From: Laetmonice hystrix
Lineage: Eukaryota
Length of the DNA stretch: 64,000 nucleotides
Direction of reading: 5' to 3'
Assembly (NCBI GenBank): GCA_965235115.1
Contig: OZ249436.1
Location: forward strand, 22,942,001-23,006,000
Numbering within the stretch: position 1 is the first letter of the stretch; every line of letters starts with the position of its first letter. Below the pieces are notes generated by a model. The model saw only the letters and a program-made list of their open reading frames with translations, had not been told where the DNA came from and searched no databases. A program made the position numbers and the translations under genes. Below, piece after piece: positions 27,791 to 41,154 of this stretch.

Positions 27791-28335
27791 TTAAATCCCT
27801 ACTTCTTCCTCAATGTTCACGATATTGCACAGGGATGACCTCTAAAGAGAGGTTCAAAAGGTCAAAGGTTATAATGATAGGGTTAGATTTAGCTGAATTT
27901 TCTCCAGAACTTCACAGGAGTGTATCGGTAATAACTACCTTGTTTGTTTTATATTGATATTTTGAATTAATCATAAAGCTTTAAGGTTTTTGTTTTGCTG
28001 ATGACCACTCATGGATATTATTCTATTGGAGATAAATTTTGAGCCCCCAACCCAAAGGGGCGGGGCTTCTAATTAGACTTCCATCCATACATCCGTCACG
28101 CCATACGCATACGGAATGATGCACGTCAAACAGATTTTTTATATCGTTCCAAATGTCCCCTCAAGTGGCAGCCATCTTGGATGTAAAGACATTTTGAGCA
28201 AAAGACCTTGAGCGACCTTGAAAGGTCAATCAAGATCTTGCATGTTTTCAATTAGTCCATCTGGCGGAACCGCCAACATAGCCAGGGTAGGTCCATAGCG
28301 CAGCAGCTGTAGCAGAGTGCGGATTGGCTGTTCTA

Positions 28336-29199
28336 TATATCGGGTGGATAAAAAAAAACGCCCCGAACTTTAAACTTCAATATCTCAAAAAGTAATGATT
28401 GTAATTCAATGAAATTTTTCTTAGTATCACTTCATGATGTTTTCTCTTAGTTGTTAATGTCACACCTCAATAGCTTGGATAATAGATCCGTGGGGCTAAA
28501 AACAAAAATCATTGTACACAACCGCAATGCCGGGCTAAAGCGAGTTGTAGTCGCACCCAGGGTGCCTGGCCTCACACTCGAGTAGGTGGTCAATCGGTCC
28601 CCCGTTTTCACTCCATACTGCTCTCAGTCTCTTTTTTCATGAGCCAATGCACTTCCCGATCTCTGATAGGGAAATATCTTCCCAACATTGGGAAATACGC
28701 AACGTTCTGAATGTGTTGCTAAACATGATAATGATATGATTTCCCTTGAACTTCTCGTTACAGTCATATCGTCCTAATGTTGCAGTTTCTCTGTAGGGTT
28801 TGGCACATTAAACATCTGTTTTCTCTAAAAGTACTAGGAATAGCACATAATTATTTTATTATATCTAGTGGTCCACAACATTATACATATTGTAAAACAT
28901 GCAAAAACTAAATATTGACTTTTTTTAACCAAGGTACAATGCGGTGCATCAAACAGGTGTCAAATTGGACACCTGGCAGCTGCATGATATTTGACCTAAT
29001 TCCGGCATTGCGTTTTTAGACACTGATTTTTGTTTTTAGCGCCACGAGATTTATATCAAAGCTATTGAGCTGAGACTTTAACATACCAGAGATAATATCA
29101 TGAAGTGATACTAAGAGAAATTTTATTGAATTATAATGCATAGTTTTTGAGATATTAAAGTTTAAAGTTCGGGGCGTTTTTTTTTATCCACCCGATATA
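28336..29199. mobile_element. Tc1/mariner-like MITE with imperfect TIRs of about 200 bp
   Basis: tatatcgggtggataaaaaaaaacgccccgaactttaaac... is inverted at ...gtttaaagttcggggcgttttttttt atccacccgatata; the flanks are TA repeats, so the exact boundary is ambiguous. Confidence 0.8.
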
Positions 29200-32100
29200 T
29201 AGGGACATACACGGTGACGTCATTCACAGGGGCCGAGTTCGCGTGGGCGACTCGAGTTACTTGGCCTAGTGGTGTTTCACCTGAACTTCCCAGTGTCGGA
29301 GCTCTAGCGACGTCATATGACCTAGTTGGGTCCAACACCACCAACCCACCCTCTTGGCAGGGATTGCTGGTGTTGTAAGATGGCCGATTTGGGATCCAAA
29401 GAGGAAAAACATTCCTTACCAATTTGTAAATTTACTCTGGTTTTTAGATTTCAATGCTGTTTATGCTAAATATTTGTTTATTGTCATTTGTCACATTTTT
29501 AATTGTAGTTGTCATAAGAAGAGTGACAATAATCATGAACTTTACTGGCCGATAGACTGTAGGCAGATACTGAGATAGTAATTCCACCAGCCGATAGTAA
29601 GGCAGTTTCCGGTCTAATTTTCAATGGCCTGTATCTTCAAAACAGATTAAGATAATGACACAATCTAGCATGAAACATTACACAATGATCAGGGTCAGTC
29701 TAAGGATGAGGCAGGTCAAACATATTTTTGATATCAGTCAAGATGGCTGCTTGGTGGCCATCTTGGATGTATGCACATTTCTATCAAAAACTCAAACAAA
29801 ACGATCCTGATTTCTTTCAAATGACGTTTGGCGCCATTTACCATGACCTTCTGTGTTGAAAGGTCAATCCAGGTCATGCATATTTTTAATGGCCTGTACC
29901 TCCAAAACAGTAGAAGATAAAGACATAAACTTCAAATTTTACATAATGATCAGTCTAAGGATGACACAGGTCAAACATGTTTTATATATCATTCAAAATG
30001 GCCTCTTGATGGCCATCTTGGATATAAACACATTTGGAACAATAACTCTGACAAAAGTGTCTGGATTCCTTTCAACCTTGGTGGCAAGAGAAGACATATG
30101 AGGGGCAACAAGCATGCCAACTTATTTTGTGTTCAGATTAAATATATGAACAAGGTAACCATATACTTTCTATAAACTAAGGTTAGGAAGTCATTAAGTT
30201 TCATAAATCACCATTTCCCTTTACATTAAGTGACCTTCTGAGGTCAATCAATTCAAGGTCAGTGACATTTTCGCCGATTCAATCTCAAAAACACTTCAAG
30301 ATAACCACTTAGAGATGGAAAGTTACAGATTTTAGAAGGCTTAGTATGGGTTCTGTTCTTTTTTGGGTCACCCTGTATATGAAGTTTCATTGTGACCTAT
30401 GTATCACAAATGTTCTCACATGAACTGTATCGCAAAAATACAAAGTACACATAGTTCCTAGATCCCCAGTTGGGGACTGTGACTGCGACAGGGTCTTTTT
30501 TCAACTTACATTCTTTTACATTTGAACACACGGTTTTCATTATGAAAAATTTATTCAAATCTGTACAAAAACTAAGCACTAAGTTAGGGCATTACTTTGG
30601 TTCGGCCTCTGGCGAATTAAAAAGAAAGACAAATTAAACAAGGGTAATTTTTATCGATTCCATGATGTAACATTTCGAAAAGGAATCAAAATTTGCTTTC
30701 ACTTTTAAAAAATTATTAAATTCTTTGGAGTTGTCAAAATTGCTAGTGGCTTTTTAATGTATGTATCCCCCTCTTCATTAAGAACCTTTATGCTGTGTCC
30801 ATGGATTGGCCAAACTTGTTTGTTTGAGGTGGTTGAAGGGGCCGTCCATGCCGCCGGGTCTGGGATCACAGGTTGGGTAACAGATCACAGCCTTGCATGA
30901 CTGGGATCATTTCACCCGGTGCCTGGTCTGCCCTACTGGCTGATAGCGGCAAAATACAGCACCACACGGCTCGACTCTCACAATACAGATTTATCATACA
31001 CTATACATCACTCAGCCTTCGTACAGAGTAGACCATCTCATCTGTATGGTTTGCATACATTTTTGGTTGCAGACTATTCATTGAAAATTCTTACAGTAGG
31101 CAAAAAAAATAAGAAAAATATAGCAATTTAATAATGCAAGTAAGCCGTAATATCCAATATAAAGCCTGTTTCCCCCCTTACAACGAAAGTTGACTTCAGT
31201 AAAGCCTGCAACGGGTTCATCAATCCCACTCTGCTGATTGTTGCTGGACTCAATGTTTCTGTCGCAGCAAATGTATTTTTAATTTTTGGATCAGGATCGC
31301 ACATTAATAGCGGCTGGAAGGCCGAGTGAGTAATCATGTATAAATATGCATGATAGAAAAATAATAATAAAAAAATAAAAAATCCCTGATTTGGACGTAG
31401 CAATGTGAGGCACTTCACCACTCACAGTATGGACACAATATTTGTCTCTATGAACACAACACTGTTCCGCCCCTTCATGTTGCCATCATCTAGTCTTACA
31501 ACATACTTATTTAACAAGGCAAATTATTATCAAAATGGATGATCGCCTGTTAATGTCTGATTATGTTGGCGTCTAACGACTTAGCCCCAGAAACTTTAGT
31601 GTAGTGCACACACTCCACCACTGTTCCACGTTCATTGCGTGTGAGGAACCCGAGGTCACAGGTACAAATAATAACCCTTAATGGTTCACACCAGCAGAGT
31701 TTCATCCTCGGTTTATGGTAGGCCTATACCCAGGGATTCCAGCTGTTTGCTCCGGCAAACTGTAGGCCTAACTAAATGTCAGGTGGACCGGCGTTAATCT
31801 GATCCAAGCCCTTAGACGTGCGTCAGTGTCCCGGTCTCTGACTCCATCCCACCGGTCACCTGGGGATGAACTCCTGGCTTGCTCAGTCATGTTTGCCTAC
31901 GGGCCTCACGCGTCCCCGGAGAGCGAGTGCTGGTGCCCTGGTTTGGACCTTCTCGGCCACGCCATGCTGTTTGGCGATGTCAGCAAAAGTTGGGTAGGTC
32001 ACTTGACATAATTCTCCGCCAGCAATTTGAAACCTGGGAGGACGATGGAACCAGAATCAAACAAAGCACTGAACATGTCAAATCTGACATGTGCCTCCTT

Positions 32101-34799
32101 TGTGTCAGAGCTTCTGACTTTCTGACTGATAGGTTCGCTTGGTGGCAATCTTGCATGTAAACACACTGGGAGCAGTTACTCAGACCAACAAGACAAAAAT
32201 TATCTGGATTTCTTTGAAACTTAACCAGTGCAGAGAGGAACCATATGAGGGAGATATGTGTTTTTTGATTCCCATAATAAAACTGTTTGGGCTCATATTT
32301 TGAAAATGGTGCATGATATCTGAGTAGTATTTATTATTTAGAATTTCAAATTTTGTTTCCTTTACCACCAGCAAACTGAAAGGTCAATCCAGGTCATGCA
32401 TCTTTTGGATGTCTCTGTCCCTAGAACCGTCCAAGATAGCCACATCGTCACTACTCATCATGGATAAGAAGTTCTATATGGGGGTTCCCACAGAAATTTA
32501 GACTTTGCATAAATATTTACCGGGGGGGGGGGGCAGTCAAGTGAAGAAAATTATTGACAAAGTTGAAAATACACTTTAACCATGTCTTTGAAAAATAACA
32601 ATATATTATCACAGAACTGATGGTGTGCATAAAATTCCATGGCTTCTCCATGATTTTTTCCCCCGGAAATATAAATTTTCCATGAGAGGTTCAGATCCAT
32701 CCCCACTCCAAGTCCTACTCCAACTTCAAGTGGGACTCGGACTCAGAGTCGGGATGTAAAAACACGGCTCAGAAATATTGGCCAACAACCGAGACCGACA
32801 AGCTAGTTCTTCTCTCCATCGATATGTGTCACGGCAAATGTAAACACAGCAGACAATGGGCCTACAAATTCGGTAACTTTGTAATGGCTGAGGGTTCACA
32901 CCTGTTACTGCGTTAATTCCAAAATGGAAACCAGTTTAGGAACCCTAGCTACGCTACTCGATGATAATACAGATGGGGAGGATGAAATCCTCTTGGCCTT
33001 GTCAACAGTTTCGATCTAAATTATTTTTCTATTCCTAATTTTCTATGCCTAAATTTCACCACAGTTGTTCTCTATAACACTAACAAATATTAATTAACAA
33101 TCATTAAAACTATGATTTAATACTAAAAACACCGATTTTTTCAAGTTGGATTGCAACTTGCTGAGCAGCTCCACAATACTTGATGTATTACACAAAATGG
33201 GAATCATCACTGCATTCTCTGCTCCAAAGACCTGAAGGTCTCTAAAGGGCCTTGTACATTGCAGGTAATTTGTGATTTTTGCCAAACTTCTTTAAATCCA
33301 AAATCGCATCACATAAGAAGTCATAACAAGGGATGAGGCCTTTAATTAAAGGAAGGCCCTACGGTTCTCATTGTAGGAATGGTCCACGCTGATTGAGTTC
33401 AGTGGCTCAGGTTCACTGGAATATCGGGAAGTTAGCTTGTAACCCCAAAGACGTTCTATCTATAATCTCTGGGGCAGCTCTGTCTGCCAATAGATCTATG
33501 ATCTGGCTCTGCTTGCAAAAACCATGCATCTCGTTAAGTACAAGGTTTGACGATTGAAATGTGTTCCCATGGGCCCTAGGAATATTTTAAACTTTGTTGG
33601 CAATGAAACAACTTTGGGGAAAATTTTTAATTAGCTAATTAGCATAATTAGCCTGAATTAGCTTAATGAAAAATAACTTTTGAACCAGGAGGCATAGAAT
33701 CATGAACGAAGACACTTTTCCATACAAGTTCAAACCGAGGAATCCATTTCCGGCAATATTTCTCAATTCAGAGGTCAAGGTCAAGGTCAAAGGTCAAGTT
33801 CAAAGTCATTCTTATGGAAAATTAACACATTTGGCTTTTTCTCTGTTAGTTCATCTTATTTGGCATAGACTCATGCGTAATGGTATATTGTATATACAAG
33901 TCTGATATAGATAAGCTTTTTTTAGACTAAAACTTTTCATCCGAGGCCAAGGACAAGGTCAAATATGATGTAAAATTAAGACATTTAGGGAGGTTGTCAT
34001 CACACTCATGCATAATTAGGTCTAGATAAGGCATGATGGCACTTTTTGACGAAAATTCCACGTGAGTTATAAGCAGAGATGTCAAGCAGCATCCTTAGGA
34101 GAGTTTTTTAAAAGTCAAGGTGGATCCCTAGAGCCAAAATCCAAGATGGCTGCCGTCCACCATCTTGGAAAACAAGGCAGACTCATAGACTGGGAACCGT
34201 TTGTCTTAGAAATTAACATGACACATGTTTTTCGACTAAATTGAGGTCGCTAAACTGATTTCTGACGTCAATTTTTAGAAAGGGACCGTGTTTTATGAAA
34301 TTTAAGATGGCTGCCGTCCGCCATCTTGGAAAACAAGGCCGACTCGTAGTTAGGAACGGCGTGCCCATCCTCTCATGACTGCAAAATTAGGAAGGTTCAC
34401 CGCATTTGGATGCCTGTTGAAGAGGCGTTGTGCTTTTTTCTGGTCTTTAAATGCCTGCATATATAGTCGTCATTAAATCATGGATGTGTTTAGGAATTGT
34501 GGAAGATTTAGAAATTATCCTGTCTGCAATGGAGATTAAAAATAGGTGAAAATGGTCCATTGCATCAGGATCATTTATGTTGTTTGCTGTGAATTGCTCC
34601 TGACAAAGGGTCTGGAAGCCATGCCATTTGCCTTTTTTAAGTTGCCAAGTGCTTTGGTTGTTTTCCCCCTATGTTGGGTCCTTCATATTGAATTATTAGG
34701 GAGAAGTGGTCACTCCCACAAAGGCTCTGCTCTATTAAGCAGAGATGTCAAGTGGCATCGTGAGGAACTTAAGTTTTCTAAAAGTCAAGGTGGGTCCCT

Positions 34800-36245
34800 A
34801 CATGGCCACGGGAACGTCTTGTGTAGAAATTTACAGAAATGTTCCAAATGCTCCGAAAAACAGGCCGTGACCATACCAGCTGTCCTCTCCAAATGTGCCA
34901 AGTGCATGTTAAAATGGCTGATGCTACGACTTGTCGTAGTCGCAACCTTTCCCCCAAAATAATAGGCGTTTGCCTGTTAATCCACCTTGATGGCAAGCAC
35001 ATGCTTCCTTCAATGGAATTGTCGAGGTTTTAGAGCCAATTTTTGCCCTTTACCTACATTTCTTACTGCCCAAGACAAGGTCTCGTTCAAGAGAAATCAG
35101 GCTCACTTTGGTTTTACAACAGATGGCGGCCATGCTGCTGGCGGCACTGCCATTCTGGTTCGACAAGATATCATCCATAGCCCTGTTACAATAGACACCC
35201 CTTTACAGTCAAGAGCCATTCGTCTAGCTCTGCATAAAGCCATAACTATCTGCTCCATACATTACCCCAAACAGTGTCTTAACCCACCAGGATCTTGATG
35301 ATCTAGTTGGTCAACTGCCATTCCCTTATCTTCTTCCGGGAGACTTTAACGGCCACAAAGTGGGGTGGCACCACAACTGATGCCGGTGATGGCAAAGACA
35401 AGAGGATTGAAGAGTTCATTGACAACCACTATATGCATTTATAATGATGGTTCCAACATATATACTTGCATCCCGGTCATGGCACCTATACAGCCATTGA
35501 CCTGGCAATAGCTGAACCAGATCTGCTGCTGGAATTTTCCTGGAGGATATGGTATGACCTTTGTGGGAGTGAACACTTCTCCCTAATAATTCAATATGAA
35601 GGACCCAACATATAGAGGAAAAACAACCAAGGTGGTAACTTAAAAAAGGCGGCACGGCTTCCAGACCCTGTGTCGGGAGCAATTCATTTAATGTCCCTTG
35701 CAGACAGGACAGTTTCTAAATCCTCGACAATTCCTAAACACGTCTCATATCCATGATTTAATGACGAATGTAAGCAGGCATTTAAATACCGGAAAAAAAG
35801 CACAATGCCTTTTCAACAGGCATCCAAATGCAGTGAACAGGGTTCCCAGCTTTTTGTGAATATCAAATTCCTTGAGTTTTCCCTGAGAATTCTCTGAGAA
35901 ATTTCCAAAATTCCATGAGAAATAGCATAACTGATTATAATGATCTTAAGAGGTATATGCTGCGCACTCTATGAACACTAAAAAGCCACGATACAAATTA
36001 GTCAATGGATACAACTTCGGACACACTAAAGATGCGCCCGCAAAATTGAATTAACTGATGAATACCTTTCCCATCTGGGTCATTGTCAAATTCCCTGCGT
36101 TTTCTCTGATTTTATAGGTTTTCACCCAATTCCCTGAGTTTTCCCTGACTGGAAAATGGAAAATGGAACACCAATTTCAAGGATTTCCCTGATTTCCAGA
36201 GTGGCTGGGAACCCTGGTGGACCTTCCTAAATTTGCAATCATGAG
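34800..36245 (+). pseudogene. Degraded I/Nimb-clade LINE fragment: ORF1 zinc knuckles plus ORF2 AP-endonuclease
   Basis: ORF1-like HGHGNVLCRNLQKCSKCSEK..DHTSCP..KCAKC. ORF2 start MASTCFLQWNCRGFRAN..GGTAILVR..ITICSIH, then frameshifted LPFPYLLPGDFNGH, NDGS, AIDLAI and CGSEHF (EEP motifs). Confidence 0.85.
35838..36216. mobile_element. hAT-like MITE with 5-bp TSD (duplicated at +6055)
   Basis: TIR cagggttcccagc / gctgggaaccctg; TSD gtgaa/gtgga (1 mismatch). The empty site is visible in the other foldback arm. Confidence 0.8.
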
Positions 36246-36739
36246 GGGACGGGCACGCCGTTCCCAACTATGAGTCGGCCTTGTTTTCCAAGAGTGCGGA
36301 CGGCAGCCATCTTGAATTTCATAAAACACAGTCCCCCTTGAAAAATTGACGTCAGAAATGAGTTTAGCGACCTCAATTTAGTTGAAAAACATGTGTCATA
36401 TTAATTTCTAAGACAAACGGTTCCCAGGCTTTGAGTCTGCCTTGTTTTCCAAGATGGTGGACGGCAGCCATCTTGGATTTTGGCTCTAGGGATCCACCTT
36501 GACTTTTACAAAACTGTTCTCAGGATGCTGCTTTACATCTCTGCTTAATAGCTCAGGTGAAATTTTCATCAAAAAGTGCCACCATGCCTATCTAGACCTA
36601 ATTAAGATCTAATATGAGAAATCCCCTAAATATCTTAGTTCTTCATAATATGACCTTGTCCTTGACCTCGGATGAAAAGTTTTAGTCTGAAATAGATTAC
36701 CTATATCAAAGTTGCATCTACAATATACCATTATGGATG

Positions 36740-37926
36740 CAGGGATGCCAGTTGGCTATGGTAAAATTTCCTGAAATATTTTGGGGGGCCCTAAAAGTCA
36801 CAAACCATACATTTTAACACTAGAACATAGGTTGATTTTGGCATGTTTATGCTGGAAGCACATGTTTAAACAAATTAAACCTAAAACTAAGAATTTTTTT
36901 TTACCTATGTGGAATATTTCAGAGGGAGCTGAAGAATGACGGTTTTTCCTTATTCATGTCCTTCAGTGACTATGATAATCACGTGGAACACACGTCGGAG
37001 GATACCCTAAATATCCCAGTTATTACCGGATAACCACCCACTCAAGCAAGGTTGGCTTCAGTCAGACCTAATCTGCGTAACCGTACATTGCACGGCGATT
37101 ACGGAATTAGTACCTAATATTTACAAAATTAAAAAATGTTTCCCACCAATATATAGCCTCTAATGAATAATCTAGTAAGATATGAGATGTGTTTAAACAT
37201 ATTCTCAGTGAAATACTTTCATGATATTTATTGAAAATATTTTAAATATTTTTTCAAAATTATCTGTTTCAAATTGCCATACTGGTCCATCCCGATTATT
37301 AGTTTTATTGGTAGCAACATCCCGGCCCGCAGTAAACTTTTTAAAATATTTATTCTGCGAATATCCACCAATCAGAGAAGAGAATTTGCTTGGCATTTTG
37401 CCCTTACAGCAAAAGTGTGGTTCCTGAAAAAATACCACAAACACCGCAGATTTCCTACACACTGCCGAGCAGCGCTGACTAGACGCGACCAGAGATACGC
37501 AGCCTTACGGTGCCTGCTCACGGGCGCACGGCCCGGCTGCCAAGCAGCGCTGACCGGACGCGGCCAGAGATACACGGCCTTACGCACGGTGCCTGCTCAC
37601 GGGCGCACGGCCCGGCTCGCGGTCGTATGCATGCAGGGCCCTTGCCGGCAGCCCTGACGGGAGGCAGGCGGGTAGACACGGTCAACACACAATACATGTT
37701 TAACATGAAAAAAAAGATTAAGAATCTACTTTATGGCAGGAAACATTATACCTGTACTGTAGGGCCAGGGGGAATGAATATGAAAATGCCTAAAATTAGG
37801 AAAAATTGATTTAAAAAACGGAAAATAGACTAGACTCTAGAATCTAGTCTACAGGAAAAAATATTTAAAAAATCAAAAACTGAAAATTCCTGAAATCAGG
37901 AAATTTACTACAAACTGGCATCCCTG
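36740..37926. mobile_element. hAT-like non-autonomous element with 6-bp TSD (duplicated at 42795-43981)
   Basis: TIR cagggatgccagtt / aactggcatccctg; TSD tggatg (36734-36739; 37927-37932). The empty site is in the left arm at about 33870-33880. Confidence 0.88.
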
Positions 37927-39961
37927 TGGATGAGTCTATGCCAAATAAGATGAAATAACAGAAAAAGGCAAAGTGTGTTAATTTTCCATGAGAATGACTT
38001 TGAACTTGACCTTTGACCTTGACCTTGACCTCTGAATTGAGAAATATTGCCGGAAATGGATTCCTCGGTTTGAACTTGTATGGAAAAGTGTCTTCGTTTA
38101 TGATTCTATGCCTCCTGGTTCAAAAGTTATTTTTCATTAAACTAATTCAGGCTAATTATGCTATTTAGCTAATTAAAAATTTTCCCCAAAGTTGTTTCAT
38201 TGCCAACAAAGTTCAAAATATTCCTAGGGCCCATGGGAACACATTTCAATAATAAAACCTTGTACTTAACAGGATTTCCAGGTCCAGTTGGGCGGCAACT
38301 CGACTAAATTGTATGTCTGGACTATGCATACTTGTCTAAACCATCCCGATTAGCCAGGAAACTGGCCCTACTTTTCAACGTAGTCACCGTCACTGTCGCC
38401 CCAAATTTTTGGTTCTGCACCTGACGTGAGCCAGATTTGTCAGTGTTTACAGTCTCTGTCTATGGGGACTGCCGATGTCCAATCAAGTTGTCTCAAACAG
38501 TAATATCCTCCCAGAAGTGTTTTTAAAACTTATTACCTGACAATATGTGGTGGTGACATTAACAGAGGTACTCTAGGGTACTCAGAGGCCAATAAATTGA
38601 GCATAATGGAAATGGAAAAAATAATTACCTAATAATATAAGATCGGAAGAAGACAAGTGCTGCACACCAGATTGGCCTGTCTTATCAAGGCCGTTGTTAA
38701 AGGTGCATATTATGGGGAAACATGAAAAATCGGTATTTCAAAGAACTTTTGCTGTTTTCATGAAGTGATCCTTCATAAAAATTGCTTGGTAAACACAGAC
38801 AAACCTATCAGTTCTATTTTTCGTGAGAAATCGAAGTTTTTGGAGCCCCCTTGCTGGCCATCTGGAAAAACGGCTCCGCCCACCGTTTGCACATGGATTT
38901 TGTTGACACACGTGACACGCAGAACCCTCGCGCATGCTCAGACGGTTTGTTTTGAAGCATGGCTGACGAAGTTACGAACGGGACATGGAGATGGCGAGTA
39001 TAAACGTCATATGTTTCGCGTGTACGTTTAGTTTTATCAGTCAGGAAATTGTCTGACATTCGATCGTGGTGGAAGGAGTCGGGAAATGATGGCGGCTCGG
39101 GAACGAATTGGGCGTGTCCCGCGTGTCGCTCCCCCCCCCTGCAGATCTACAGGCAGCCTAGGCCAGATGCACTCGAGGTGCCACTTCACTTCAGACACCT
39201 CGCCAACGACATACTTGCCTTCGTTTCCACGATTGACTTGCTATCTTTTTCAACTTCTGTATCTTTCTTTCCTTGCCCTGTTCCCTGCCGATTCCATAAA
39301 ATATTTTTTGGGTGGCATTCTGATGCCGAACGATGCCGAGTGCAGCTGCTGAATTGTTTACAACTAAGCGAAGCACGTGACCCAGCACCCACTCTCCAAC
39401 GGCAGAGGTCAGAGGTCGTGCATGCACGGTAGGAACAAGTTTGCCAAACACCTGCAGAGAGGGCACACACAGGATGTGACGCAGTACACAATTACATGGG
39501 TTGATGGGAGGTTGTCTCCCAAGTTATGGCGGGAGATGTGCTATCGAGAGAAATCTATAAGTTTAGTAGTATGGCATCTACTTTTGCTGCATACGCAGCG
39601 AAAACACGTCGGAGGACAAAATGCTGTGGTAGGATTATTTACTTAGATCCCTAGTACACGGTCATGTTGGATAATCGCCGGAAATCCTCAAAAACGTGCA
39701 TTTTAGCATGGCCCTATGATGATATCCGACATTTCCTTCCAGCAAATGGGGCACCTTCTCTATAAAGAAGTTGTTACTAATGGGAGACAATCACGTTCCA
39801 AATATTGAACTTATTTTGAGGCAATGTGCTGCTACCAATCGTTTCGCCCTTCCTAGAATAATACACTATTTATAAATGTTTGACGGCCAGATGGGGTATC
39901 GCTGGTTGCCAGATGTTGCTTGTACCATATAGTGATACACATATACCTCAGTATAGGAAAT

Positions 39962-40285
39962 GGGGGTCAAATGGGGGTCTGGGGTGGCGCAGTGGTTAGA
40001 GCACGGGACCTTTGATCCAAAGGTTCTGGGTTCGAGCCGCGGCCGCGCCGGACTTTCCTGCATAGCAGTGCTGCCGACTGCTTTATCAAAGGTCGGCCGT
40101 GTGACTATATATCTATGTGGAAGGGCATGTTAAAGATCCCTTGGCACCTATCGATAAGAGTAGGGGTTCGCCCCGATGCCGGGTTTCCTCCTATCATCTC
40201 ATTATCACCCAATGGATTTCACCGACTGAGTTAGTTAACTTGTTCTCGCCCTGAAATAGCTGAAATACTGCTGACTGGGCATTAA
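39962..40285 (+). mobile_element. tRNA-derived SINE (duplicate of 46017; its 3' tail is absent because the duplicated unit ends inside the nested element)
   Basis: Box A tggcgcagtgg and box B gggttcgagcc; matches the 46017 copy. Confidence 0.8.
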
Positions 40286-41154
40286 AGTGTAACAAGGATC
40301 TGAAATTAATGGTACTTTTTTTCTTTCGAAAGAGCATCGTTGAAACTTCTTGTAAATCATCCCCTGCAAGCTTTGAGAAAATAAAAAGCATTTTATTAAA
40401 TATACCCACATTTATATCTCCATATATGACAATCTTGGAATCACACTAATCCTCGGAAATCTTCGGTAAACTCCGGTGTGTGACGTGTCAACATGTGCAG
40501 AGCCGCCATTATGACTGTGACCGTAGTAGGCTAAAGTCGGCCGTGTGTTGTTTTCGGGATATGCCTTACATGATCTTCGTCAAATTCCATTGCCACGGAG
40601 TTAAATCCAGGTGTCAAGGATAATGAGTGGAGTAAACGAGTGAATAAATGGCGGTGTGCCGCAATGTTGTGGTAAGAGAAGCGTGGACAATCATGTGGGC
40701 GTGTATCGTTGGCCAAACCAGGACCAGTCTCCCGTCAGTCGGTCAGGCACAAAACTCGACCGAGGTCTAAGCAGTCTGTCCTAACATGTTACCCCAAGAG
40801 TAAATGACCAAGGCAAGCAAAAAATTATCCATCCAACCCAACCCCATTCATCATTCTGAGTTTTGACAAAATTCGGACAGGATTTTAGTCTACCCCCGGC
40901 CCCGTCCATGGGTCGACCGTGAACGAGTTGGGAGTGTTTAACTTTTAGACACCGTCGACTGTCGTCCCGATGACTAGTCAGCTGGCGAGGCAAAGCGGGG
41001 ACGGTTAACATAGTCATAGGCTATGTTGACAATTTTGTGCGGTTGCACAGGGGTTCACACTACAGCCCTGGGGCATGCTCTTACAGAAACAAATGAAATC
41101 TAGTCCTATATCCTATAGGGTAGACGGTAGGCGTTATCCGCCGGCGGGACAGGT

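Larger units (their letters stand above)
33533..38270. repeat. Long inverted repeat (foldback): left arm 33533-34724; right arm 35558-38270, interrupted by two MITEs
   Basis: gttaagtacaaggttt...atgggccctaggaata (33533) mirrors tattcctagggcccat...aaaccttgtacttaac (38270). Similarity continues inward to cactcccacaaagg / cctttgtgggagtg. Confidence 0.9.

Noticed and set aside
34546..34962. 138-aa ORF MKMVHCIRII... (also at 41339)
   Set aside because: It is mostly the antisense reading of the inverted LINE fragment fused to ORF1 relic sequence.
39975..40050. tRNA gene (also at +6055)
   Set aside because: A and B boxes are present, but it runs into a SINE body with tail and TSD, so it is a SINE head.
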